Below the pieces are notes generated by a model that saw nothing but the letters and a program-made list of their open reading frames with translations, searched no databases and was not told where the DNA came from. 64,000 nucleotides of DNA, taken from NCBI GenBank assembly GCA_951406725.2, contig OX597833.1:70556001-70620000 (forward strand), in the 5' to 3' direction. The stretch is from Octopus vulgaris. Taxonomy: Eukaryota. Position numbers and translations under genes: made by a program. The stretch's first letter is position 1. Each line of letters begins with the position of its first letter. This document shows, piece by piece, positions 25,111 through 37,735 of this stretch.

Positions 25111-26624
25111 GTCTGATGCTTGTGCTTGTAGTAGCAGCACCCCAAATGGTGCCATATAGGTGACACTGGGGACAGTGGTGGAAGAATGGCACCGGTGGTG
25201 AAGGTGGTTGTCAGTGGTGTTGAATGCTGTGGTAGTTGTTGGTGGTTGTAGTAATGGTGAATGCTGTGGTAGATTCTGAGGCTGAAGTTTTTATTATGTT
25301 AAGTCTGTGAGTCACCAGGCAAAATCATGAGAGATGTTTTTACACCCATTCCTTTTAACAAGTTAGTTTTTAAGGAAGAGGTTCAAAGTATTTTCCTTTG
25401 CTCCCCTCCCCAACCTCTTCCAGATTTTAGGGGGTGCAAGTGCACCCCTGCATCCCCTATTCTCAAGCCTATAGTGATGCTTGTGTACAGAGTGTGTGTT
25501 GTATGGAAGCAAAAGATAAGCCTCAAAAGCAGAGAATTTGTGAATGCTGGAATGAAGTGAAGCAAGCATGCCCTGTTAAGTTAATTTTTTGGCTTAAAAA
25601 GCAAAAAGCAAGGCCATGTAGGGGGACATGGAGTTATGTACAGGGAGGGTGTTCATGCAAAGAGTTCAGGCCATTTCTGGTCAAGAGAGACTTTGAACCG
25701 AGCAGTCGTCAGCATCTTCACTATCTTGTCCTGCAGCTTATTCCACAGATCCCCAACCCGGACGGAGAAAGCCCCTCTCCTTCGATTGAGATGAATTCGT
25801 CGCAGATAGAGCTTTGTGGGTCAGAATCATCATCACCATCATCATTTTGTGTCCATTGTCCATGGTGGCATAGTTTGCACGGTCTGACCAGGGCTGGCAA
25901 GCTGGGTGGTTGCACCATACCCCAGTTTGATTTGACATGGTTTTCTACAGCTGGATGCCCTTCCAAATGCCAACCACTCCAAGAGTGTAATGAGTGCTTT
26001 TACGTGCCACCCACATGGGTGCCATTTCTTGGTACCGGTATCTGCCACAACTGCGATTTTACTTGGCATGATGGGTCTTCTTCTCAACCACGACATAATG
26101 CTAAGATCTTGGTCGTTTGCCATTGCTTCCATGAGGCCCAGTGCTTGAGAGGAGCTTTCCACTTGCCACTGCCTGTTTCCAAATCTTCCATGAAAGCAAG
26201 TCTAGCCATCGGGAAATATTATCTGGCTTCGAAGTAAGGTTTGGTGAGAGGAAAGGCATCCGGCCGTAGAAAAATCTGCCTCAGCAAATTCCTTCTGACC
26301 CATGCAAGCACAGAAAACGTGTAAGTTAAAACGATACTGACCCCTTCATGCACAGTTATTGATGCATGTCCATGTGGTACGGATGTTTGTTTGTGTGCGC
26401 GCGTGCCTGTATACACGTGCACACCACACGATAATGCATCACAACACTGACTCACACACACACATAAATAAATAAATGTGTGTGTATGTGTGTGCAAAGA
26501 TGAGTGTGAGTGTGTGTGTGTGTGTGTGCATATGTCTTTGTATGTGTGTGTATGTATATGTATATATATATAAAACATTAATAAACAAATAAATCAAAAA
26601 GTATACCCTACCCATCCTTGCATT

Positions 26625-27035
26625 GTCTCTGTCTCTTTTTCTCTCTATCTTTCACTTTCTCAGTTTCTTTCTCTTCCTCTTTCTTTCTCTCCCTTTTTAT
26701 CTTTCATTCTTTCTTTCTCTCTCTCTCTCCCTTTTTATCTTTCTTTCTTTCTTTCTCTCTCTCTCTCTCTTTTACTCTTTCTTTCTCTCCCTTTTCTCTT
26801 TCTTTCTCTCTCTTTTATCTCTTTCTCTCTCTAGCTTTCACTTACTCGATTTCTTTCTCTTCCTCTCTCTCTCTTTTACTCTTTCTTTCTCTCCCTTCTT
26901 ATCTTACTCTCTCTCTCTCCCCCTTTACATCTCCCATTACCTCCCTTTCTCTCTCCCTCCCACTCCTACACAAACACATCCTCACCACTCCCTCTCCCTC
27001 CTCCTCCTTCCTCTCTCTCTCCCCTCTCCCCATCC
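26625..27035. repeat. Polypyrimidine (CT/CTTT)n tract
   Basis: Direct reading. Confidence 0.9.
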
Positions 27036-27039
27036 TCAT

Positions 27040-27160
27040 TTACTTTTATGACGTGATGCGCAGTAGAGCTGCGCACTAAAACACAGTGTATGGCTGCCAC
27101 CATCACTGACAGCCGACTGTCGGCCGTTGATGCACTTTTATCGGCCGCCGATTCCACCAC
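27040..27160 (+). promoter_or_regulatory. Putative SNRK core promoter/TSS region
   Basis: CRE-like TGACGTGA (27049), two TGCGCA (27057, 27070) and YY1-like ATGGCTGCC (27090), with local CpG enrichment just after a polypyrimidine tract. Begins a SINE-free zone leading to the SNRK ATG. Confidence 0.45.
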
Positions 27161-29052
27161 AACAACAACAACTTTCTCTACTGTTTTCTTTTTTTCCATC
27201 GAACACGACCACCACCACCCACACACGAAACCGTGAACACTCCGCTTCTAACTCAGCCATTGAACTCCTCCACTACACACAACACTGGGACCGGACCACC
27301 ACCTCCATCACCTTTACCTTCTTCCTTCACCCCAAAAAACGTCTCACCTTTATGTAATTAACAGGTGTAAATATTACTAAATATACGCATACCATACGAC
27401 ACATGTATGTATATGATAAACACCGAAGCACACATCTGAGTGTATATATCGTATATATACCCATATATAAATAATTAAGCGAAGCACACATGTAAGTACG
27501 TCCGCCACAATCTTCCTTGCTGCTGTTCACACTTAAATTCTATAATTGCTTCTGTTTGGAAGCAGAACCAGTCTATTTGTGTATATATAAATATACATAC
27601 GTGTGTGTATATTGATATAGATATATTTATATAGATACAGGATTTACATGTATTTGTATATACATTGAATTGTTGTCCACTGTCGCTGTTCACACCACAT
27701 ATATATATATATGTGTGTATATATATGTATGTATATATATAGCATTGCTTCTGTTTGAAAACAGAACCAGTATATTTGTGTGTATATTGATATACATATA
27801 TTTATATAGATACAAGATTTACATGTATTTGTACGTACATTAAATTGTTGTCCATTGTCCCTGTTATATATATATACTAAATAATTAGGGGATCTTTTCT
27901 AAAAGAAAGATCCTAATTAGGGTTCACCAACTGTTTGCCTCACCACATACTGAAGTTTAGAAATAGCAGTCAAAATCTTGGCTATTCTTTCTACTTTATA
28001 TATATATATATATATACTGTTGCTACAGTTTGAAAACGAAGCAAAATAATAATAATAATTATTATTATTATAGCATTGGCAACAAAGATATTGAATCTTC
28101 TTCCCCTCCGCTGCTGCCTCGTCCAGAAAATAAATGAAAATAAACTCTTTGAAGGATGCCGTTACGTGAGATCGTCTCAACAATTCCCAGCTTTGGTCCT
28201 CCCCCGTCATCATAAGTGTCTCAGCATCCGTTGTGATTGATTGATCATCGTCGCCGACGTTGTTGAACCGCCAGGATTTCGGTGGAGTGGAGTGGAGTGG
28301 AGTAAACCGTTAAACCCGTATACGTTGTATTTTGCAAATTCTTATTTGGAACCTCGACCACCACCAAGGAAGGAAGGAAGGAAGGAGTAACACACACACT
28401 CACCCCTTGGGCCCGAGTGCGAGCACTGCTGACTTGGGATTTTTTTTGCACAAAAACGGATTTTTATACTCAAACCAATTCTTGTTATTTATTTTTGTTT
28501 AAAAAGAAAAAGAAAAAAAAAGAGAGCAAAAAACAAAACAAAGACTAACAAAGTAAGAAAGAAAAAAAAACAAGAAAACATTGTTCGTATAAATAATCAA
28601 TCAATCATCGATTTCTCTGCCCCCCCACCACCGTTCTTATTTAACCATTCATCGATCTCTTTCTTAACGTCCATTCGCTTCTTTAAACTAAACTAAACGT
28701 TCGTTCCTTCATTCCTCTCTCTCTCTCATTCTTAGATTTTTCTGCTCTTTTTTTTTTTTCCTTTTTCATTCACCTTCGATTCTTCTTTGGTTAGAAAAAA
28801 AAAATATTCTTTCTTCTTCTTCTTCTCCTTCTTCATCCATCCGGCCAGTCTTCATTCACTTCATGGTTGTTGTATATTCCTGAAATTTCTCCCCCACCTT
28901 CAAGAGATCTTTAGTTCCACGACCAACCAACCTTCTATGTATGTATTCTGCAATGGAATGAGATTTCTCTGTTCCTCACACAAACCAAATGCATAAATTA
29001 TAAGGAGGAGTCAAAGACAAAAACAGACATAAAGCAAAACACACACAGAGAA

Positions 29053-29108
<56 letters not shown>

Positions 29109-30675
29109 TGCCAAGCCATACTATAAACCTATCCAAACAAAAACTACCCTCCTTATTTTAATTCTAAATTGCTTTGTTTCGTTGTTAAGTTCCTTGATAT
29201 CAATTATTTTGACTTGTAATGAAAGCAAACGAACACCACAACAGCAACAAAATGTAATATCATTGTCTTTCTTTAAACAGGAGGAAGTGAAAAAAAAACC
29301 ATAAAATAGGAAAAAGTAGTTTATTTTGGACCTCGCCCTCACTCGTTCACTCTCTCTCTCTCTCTCCCTTCCAGCAGCATCATCACCATCATCATCACCG
29401 CAATCATCATCGCCAGAAGAGAGAGGGGGGAAACAACACAGGCTTAGTAAGTAAGTAGTAACTAACAACACCGTGCTAGTAGTAGTAGCATCAGCGGTGG
29501 CAGTATTTCATTGAGGAAAAACGCGACTATATTTATCCACAGCTACTAAACCCTCCCCTCCACACGTTATCCCATTCATCCCCAGATTCTCTGAGTTCCT
29601 TATGTTGTTGCCATTTCGTTGGCAAGCAGGATTTCACAGACATTCTTTCTCTCTCTCAGCCTGTCTTCATGTGTGTGTGTGTGTATATATATATCTAAAT
29701 AGAAGATGCGTTAGTGTTCGTACTTTATCAGTTAAGCGAGTGAGTGAGTGAGAGTACGTATGTGTTATATACACATACATACATACATAGATAAGAATAT
29801 ATATATATATATATATATAATATGTAATGTCTGAAAATCTTTTCGGTTACCGATATGTGACCTCTCCATGTTTGCGTGAGTGTGGCGTGGTGTGGCTGTG
29901 GTGCAGCAGGACTTAAGTACGAAACCAACCCCCACCTATGATTGGGGGTTGAAACGAACCGGTCAGATATTGGTGGATCTTTGGCGGTAAACATTGGTTT
30001 GCCCTTTTGTCAAAACACTTAGTTGAAATGTCCTTTATAGTTTTCCTGGTCGCCCATCCACCCTCGTCCAAAAAACGAAAACACACACGGAAGCCCGCCT
30101 CGTTTATTAATCATTAGATTAGATACAACAACACCAAGGATATATACAAGACGAAACCTTAGTTCTTTATTAAATGAATACACTCTCGGTTTCTGCTCTC
30201 TCTCTCTTCTTTCCCCTCTTTTTTACTTTCTCCTTTCTTTTAGCTCTACCTTTGTTTATAAGTATCAAATCTCCTTGTTCCGGTGCCCTATTTGAACCGT
30301 TGCCAGCTTGTCCTTACCACTTTCTGATCGACATTTTAAGTCTTCTTATATGGGGGTTATCGGATTTTGTTTTTGCCCTTACTAATCACTTACTAGGCTC
30401 CTCCATATCTTCGATCTCTAAATCTATATCTTTTCTCCATCATTTTCACTTATCCCCGTCTTCATCCTCATTATCATCACTATTTCCATCATTCTTAGAT
30501 TCACCCCATTTTTTTAACCCACCGTAGTCTTATCTCACCACACCCTTTTCATTACACACTTGTCATTAAATAACTGCTGTTCCAATTGTTCAGACCATAC
30601 CTATATCTATATATATATACATATATATATATTACCTTTCATTTTTCTATTTTAAATATTGTCCCTTCATTCTGA

Positions 30676-31270
30676 ATGGCTTCTCGTAAGCAACGTGGTG
30701 ACTATGATCGAAAGATTGCTGGTCTGTATGACCTGGAAGACACGATTGGCCGGGGCCACTTTGCTGTCGTGAAGCTGGCCCGGCATGTGTTCACAGGCGA
30801 GAAGGTCGCCGTCAAAGTTATCGATAAAACTAAACTTGATGAAGTGTCAAAGAACCATCTGTTCCAGGAAGTGCGGTGCATGAAATTGGTGCAGCATCCT
30901 AATGTTGTCCGCCTCTATGAGGTGATTGACACTCAGACCAAATTGTACCTTATTTTGGAGCTGGGTGACGGTGGAGACTTGTACGATTACATAATGAAGC
31001 ACGATAAGGGCCTCAATGACAGCCTGGCCCGCAAGTATTTTAAGCAAATTGTAGATGCCATCTCGTACTGTCACCAGTTGCACGTATGCCACAGAGACCT
31101 CAAGCCTGAAAACGTGGTCTTCTTTGAAAAACTAGGCATCGTTAAGCTCACAGATTTTGGATTTAGCAATGTCTTTAAACCTGGCAAAAAACTAGAGACT
31201 TCATGTGGTTCCCTTGCCTATTCGGCACCAGAGATCTTACTCGGAGATTCTTACGATGCTCCAGCTGTTG
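30676..31270 (+). CDS. SNRK: SNF-related serine/threonine kinase SNRK, first coding exon (N-terminal ~3/4 of kinase domain)
   Basis: [59 protein letters not shown] and [24 protein letters not shown] are diagnostic of SNRK. Donor GTTG|GTGAGT at 31270/31271, phase 1. Confidence 0.96.
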
Positions 31271-32171
31271 GTGAGTTACCCTTTTGATCTTTTTTGTTCT
31301 TTTTAATGTTTATGTGTTGTTTTTGTTCACTGCTCATCATCTTGGTTGGGTGAAGGTCTTAACAGTCCTCAACTGAAATGTCTTCACAGTTATATAACAC
31401 ACACACGTGTGTGTATTATAGCATTATTATATTTTGTTTCCACACAGCAAAGCAAGAAAGATTTGATGGGAGAAAGAATTAAATGACCGAATTTATTGTG
31501 TTGGAAGGTGTCTTGTACAAACATAAAGATTAAGTCTTTGATTATTCAATGGTGTTGCTACCATTTCCAAAAGATAACGAAAACAATGATTAACCTAGGT
31601 TGCCCTACCACCTGGGCAAGAGTCATCATTATCACCATTATAATGTACCCTTTGCCTTTCATCCCTTCGGGGTCGATAAATTAAGTACCAGTTACGCACT
31701 GGGGTCGATGTAATCGACTTAATCCCTTTGTCTGTCCTTGTTTGTCCCCTCTATGTTTAGCCCCTTGTGGGCAACAAAGAAATGTATAATGTCCTCTTTT
31801 GCATGCTTGCATGGGTCAGACAGAAATCATCGAGTCAGATTTTCTGTGGCCAGATGCTTTTCCCCATTACCAACCATTGCTTGGTGCCAAGCAAGGTAAT
31901 ATTTCACCAAGGCCTGACATTTTCCACAGAAGATTGGAAGTGAACAACCACTTGAATGACTGCGATACTTGTTTCACAAACATCACGTGATGTCAAGGAC
32001 ACATACACACACACATACATGATGGGCTTCTTTTAGTTTCCGTCTACCACATCCACTTTGATTTTTAGTTGCACAAGATGCTCCATGGTGGAACCTAACC
32101 AGAACCCGCGTGGCTGGGTTTATGGCAGACTTCTTAACCACACAGCCATGCCTGCACCCATAGTAGTTGTG

Positions 32172-32693
32172 ATACCTGTGCCGGTGGCACATAAAAAGCA
32201 CCATCCGAACGTGGCCGTTGCCAGCGCCGCCTCGGCTGGCTTCTGTGCCGGTGGAACATAAAAAGTACCATCTGAACGTGGCCATTGCCAGCGCCGCCTC
32301 GACTGGCTTCTGTGCCGGTGGAACATAAAAAGCACCATCCGAACGTGGCCATTGCCAGCGCCGCCTCAACTGGCTTCTGTGCCGGTGGCACATAAAAAGC
32401 ACCATCCGAACATGGCCGTTGGCAGCGCCGCCTTGGCTGGCTTCCGTGCCGGTGGCACGTTAAAAATACCAACTGATCGTGGCCGATGCCAGACTCCCCT
32501 GGCACCTGTGCAGGTGGCACGTAAAAAGCACCCACTACACTCGCGGAGTGGTTGGCGTTAGGAAGGGCATCCAGCTGTAGAAACTCTGCCAGATCAGACT
32601 GGAGCTTGGTGCAGCCCCTGGCTTCCCAGACCCCGGTTGAACCGTCCAACCCATGCTAGCGCAGAAAACGGACGCTAAACGATGATGATGATG
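32172..32693 (+). mobile_element. Family A copy with ~6 tandem modules
   Basis: Repeated ~66-nt modules, then common core and (ATG)n tail. Confidence 0.85.
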
Positions 32694-33408
32694 TAAAACC
32701 GATTACATCACTCCCCGGTATTTCACTGGTATTTATCTTACCGCAAAACAAAAGTCAAAGTTAAGCCTGACAGGTGAGATTTAGTTGATACCACCGTCCT
32801 CGGTACTTGGTTTTGTCAACCTCAAGGGGATAAAAGACAAGGCTGACCTCACCAGCATTTGAACTCAGAACACAAAGGAATGGAAGAAAAGCCAGAAGGC
32901 ATTTTTGTCCAATGCTCTAAAGATTCTAGCAACTTCCTGCCTGTTTAATAATTTTGAGTTAGTGACAAGACAAGCAATTTTCAAAGGAAGGAGTTAGTTG
33001 ATTAGATTGACCCCCGCTAGTACTTGACTGGTCCTTTATTTTATCAGTCCCAGAGGGAAGAAAGGTAAAGTTGACTTCAGTTGGATTTGAACTCAGAATG
33101 TAAACAGCCAGAACAAATAACACAAGGTATCCCCCCCCCTCCAGCACCCTAATGATTCTGATAATACTTTGCCCTTAAATGTTCCAGTCTCAGGTCAGTG
33201 GCACCCATGCTGGTGGCATGTAAAAAAAATACCCACTACACTCTCAGAGTGGTTGGCGTTAGGAAGGGCCTTGCAACCTTAGAAACCTTGCCAAATCAGA
33301 TCGGAACCTGGTGCAGCTCCACAGCTTACCAGTTTTAAGTCAAACTGTCCGACCCATGCCACCGTGGGAAACGGACATTAAATGATGGTGATGATGTGTA
33401 CACATAAT

Positions 33409-33467
<59 letters not shown>

Positions 33468-33870
33468 CGCAGGAGTGGATGTGTGGTATGTAGCTTGTTT
33501 ACCAACCACTTGGTTCCGAGTTCAGTCCCACTGCATGACACCTTGGGCAAGTGTCTTCTACTATAGCCTCAGGCCGACCAAAGCCTTGTGAGTGGATTTG
33601 GTAGACGGAAGCTGAAAGAAGCCTGTCGTATATATATATATATATATATATATATGCGTGTGTGTGTTTGTGCGTCTGTGTTTGTCCCCCTAGCATTGCT
33701 TGACAACCGATGCTGGTGTGTTTATGTCCCCGTTACTTAGCGGTTCGGCAAGAGAGACCGATAGAATAAGTACTGGGCTTACAAAGAATAAGTCCTGGGG
33801 TCGATTTGCTCGACTAAAAAGGCGGTGCTCCAGCATGGCCGCAGTCAAATGACTGAAACAAGTAAAAGAG

Positions 33871-33914
<44 letters not shown>

Positions 33915-36900
33915 AATCCATTTTCCACAGACCTCAAATAGTTTCTGAAGAGTCAACCGGTGAAACAATATATATTTTGTTGGACTCACATTTGTGGATT
34001 AAACATACCGACACTTAAGACTCTTCACTTTGAGTTCTTTATTCTTTGTGGCCTGACCATGTTCTTACGAATTTGGTATCCTCTGAAATATACCTACATA
34101 CATAAAATACAACCATATGTATTCATAAAGTGTATGTCATAGACACTAACAGTCTGTGGGTGAGTGTGTGCTTGTATATATGTATGTGTAACTATACCAT
34201 ATAATATATATATATATACATAGAGGCATAGCATAGCAGTTAGGGTCTTGTACTAATGATCGGAAGATCGTGGTTTCAATTCCGAGGCCTACAGCACATT
34301 GTGTTCTGAAGCAGAACACTTTATATCATGTTACTCCAGTCCACTTGGCTGTAAATAGGTAACCCTGCAATGGCCAGGCATTCTGTTCAGCAGGGTGCCA
34401 TTATTCGAATGCTGCAGCAATGCAAGGAAGTGCACTGTGATCAGTGGTGTATAACAACATCCAAAAGTCTGGCTGATATAGTGATATATAAATAATGTAA
34501 TACGATGTTGATGTACATAGGTGTGTGTTTATGTTTTTGTGTAAGTTGTGTAAAAGTGTGTTATGCCCCTTTACTCCCAGGGTAACTTAGCCATTTCAAT
34601 GGACAACAAATGAAATAGACATCAGAATAATTAAAATCCTGGAACCAACACGGTTGAGTAATAATCCATCCAAAATGATGCTCCATCATATTTGCAACCC
34701 AGTTACTGAAAACATTAAAAATATACTACAAACTATGGGTTTTTTTTTTTTATAAGAGGTAGTGGCTGTGCCGGTGGCATGTGTAAAAAGATTCGAGTGA
34801 GGTATTCGCCAGTACCGCCTGACTGGCCCCCATGCCAGTGGCACATAAAAAGCACCCACTACACTCTCAGAGTGGTTGGCGTTAGGAAGGGCATCCAGCT
34901 GTAGAAACTCTGCCAGATCAGATTGGAGACTGGTGCAGCCATCTGGCTCGCCAGCCCTCAATCAAACCGTCCAACCCATGCTAGCATGGAAAGCGGGCGT
35001 TAAACGATGAATATGTTGATGATCCTAGTGGCTAAGTTCACCTGGTCACCTATAAAATGGTTGAGGAGTAAAAAGCGCCTCAAGGCATTATTCTGTATTC
35101 TAAAAGACCTTGTATATGTATCTATCACGTGTGTTCTTACTCATCCAAATTATTGATGCTGCCAACAGATACTCACCCCCCCCCACACACACACACACAC
35201 ACCACATGCCTGTGTTTATTGATAACTTTTTGTTTTGGCAACTGAACAGGATATGCTTCAGTGAAGCGGTTTAACCATTTTGAGAGTGACTCACCTGAAG
35301 CGTCTTGTTTCAAAGTGATTGAAATTTAAACCTTCCGTCAAAATTTCATGTTGCAAACAACAGATTAATGATGGCTGAGTTAGTTACACAGCGAGCTGGC
35401 AGAATTGTTAGCATGCTGGACGAAATGCTTAGTGGCATTTCATCCATCTTTGCATTCCGAGTTCAAATTCTGCTGAGGTCGACTTTGCCTTTCATCCTTC
35501 CAGGACCAATAAATTAAGTACCATTTGAACTCTGGGGTCGATGTAATCAACTTACCCCCACCTCCTCTCCTGAAATTGCTGGCCTTGTGCCAAAATTTGA
35601 AAACAAATAATGACTAAGTGATTTCAACCCATACTTAAATTTCTGAATCATCATCATCATCGTTTAACGTCCGCTTTCCATGCTAGCATGGGTTGGACGC
35701 TTCAACCGGGGTCTGGGAAGCCAGGAGGCTGCACCAGGCTCCAGTCTGATCTGGCAGTGTTTCTACAGCTGGATGCTCTTCCTAACACCAACCACTCTGT
35801 GAGTGTAGTGGGTGCTTTTTACGTGCCACCGGTACAGGTGCCAGGTGAGGCTGGCAACGGCCACGATCGGTTGGTGCTTTTTACATGCCACCGGCATGGA
35901 AGCGTTTTACAGATGATTGAAAATAGGTTAAAATAAAAAGAAATAATTATTAAAACTCCTTTACTTCAAGTAGGAAATGGAAATACTCGGTGTCCTATAA
36001 ATAGGACACTGATACAATGTGATATAGCTTATTTAAGGTTCTCATTTAATGTCCTATTTATAGGACAGTGGGACTTCATGGGTTAATAGCTTCATAAAAT
36101 AGTTTATATGAAAGGAGAAAGTAGTATTTGTGTTAAGACGGGGGTGGGCGAAGGAGAAATTTAGAGGAAAATGATTGGGAAAGTGGCCATTGTAGGGTCT
36201 GAAATGGTCAGTCTCCTTAATCATTTTGATGCCAACCCACTTGAGACACCCTGTGGCTCTATACTTCAAACCGTCTCTCTCTCTCTCTCTTTTAAAGTGA
36301 TCTAAACTAAAGCCTTTTATCAAAATTTCAGGTTAATTAATAATGACAAAGCTATTTTACTACATTCATTAGTTTCAAAATAATCAAAACAAATGAGAAG
36401 TCAATTCCTTTGATACCAACCTGCCTAAGTCCACCTATGGTTCTGTGATAAGTGTCCTGTTTAAAATGAACTAAATTTAAACATTAGTGTCGTCTTACTG
36501 ACACTTGTGCCGGTGGCACATCAAAAAACACCATTTGAGTGTGGCTGTTACCAGTACTGCCTGACTGGCCCTCATGCCGGTGGCATGTAAAAGCCCCCAC
36601 TACACTCTCAGAGTGGTTGGCATTAGGAAGGGCATCCAGCTGTAGAAACTCTGCCAGATCAGATTGGAGCCTGGTGCAGCCATCCGGTTTGCCGTTCCTC
36701 AGTCAAATCGTCCAACCCATGCTAGCATAGAAAGCGGATGTTAAACGATGATGATGATGATGGTCAAAATTTAATGTTAATTTACGTTCCAAACACCAGC
36801 TTAATGATAGCAAAATTTTTCCCCTAAATTCTTTATTTTCAAAAATATCTGAATCAGAGACAGACCATTTTCAACAGAAATATGGCAATGAAATGGTTGA

Positions 36901-37559
36901 GAACATCAAAACCCATCAATTGCTTTCACCCGGTTGGCTTTTTACCCTTTACAATTTAAATCGGCCACATCTGGGCCAAATATTCTACCTATTTTTTATA
37001 TTCTAATTGACCAGATCAGGCCTCTCACACCGATCCTACCTACAATGTAATTTTAAAAATACACAGTTCCGTCATTAAAATCTCAAAGCTCTAAGATATT
37101 GCATGATAAATTCAAAGCAATTTCATTGAATAAAAGCATCAATTTGATGGAGTAATCTGAATGCTAAAGGCTTGGAGACTACATCCACTCCAGTCTTTTC
37201 CAGTGGTTATTGGAGTTATCTCCTTTGTTTTTAGGATTTTTAAGCACCACTTAAGGAAATTTCTATCCAGTAATTGCTCAGTCTTCATTGATCACATTTT
37301 ATCCCTTATTTCTTTCATCTGGTAGTACACTTGTTGTTTAATCCTTGGTCAACCCTGGTTGAATATACCTATGATTGAAAGTACCTAGTCACGAACAATC
37401 ATTTTGTTCCAAGACAGAATATCTAGGATTACATTATCTGATAAAGCTTTCCCCATTTTTTGGTTGATGGGGGTGTGAATTGAGGGAAATTTGGCTGCTA
37501 TTGCTAGCACCTCAAAACACCACGTAGTGGATTCCTCGTTGGCTCATTGTAAATGCCAT

Positions 37560-37735
37560 TGTTGTTTAGCCCCGGTCCAGCTCTGATTGAGTAGGTCTAT
37601 CATCAGTGTTTTCCATGACCATCCCATCTGATTTTTCAGAAAATGTATGCAAGACTATATTACACAGTGTGTCCTTTTTTGTTAAGACGGTACAGTGATT
37701 TAAATGGAGATTTGACTGCTATTTCTAGCAAGTCG
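37560..37735 (-). mobile_element. Older repeat family D (ends ggggctaaacaacaa)
   Basis: Diverged copies with gtttagccccaggtcagccctgat...gggagatttggctgctatttctagc at 37330-37545, 38045-38245, 55870-56020, 58010-58205, 58560-58760(+), 39290-39470(+). Confidence 0.65.

Noticed and set aside
25434-26237. 267-aa ORF between the genes
   Set aside because: Runs through a family A repeat and decayed RTE sequence, with no recognisable domain.
31271-31287. ORF-track end of SNRK (GELPF*)
   Set aside because: Read-through into the intron after the GTGAGT donor; the kinase domain is incomplete here.
33940-33980. CTGAAGA-gtcaaccggt-GAAAC possible hammerhead (also 60700-60740 and 20100-20170 on minus)
   Set aside because: Stems I and III cannot be formed convincingly; too decayed to call.
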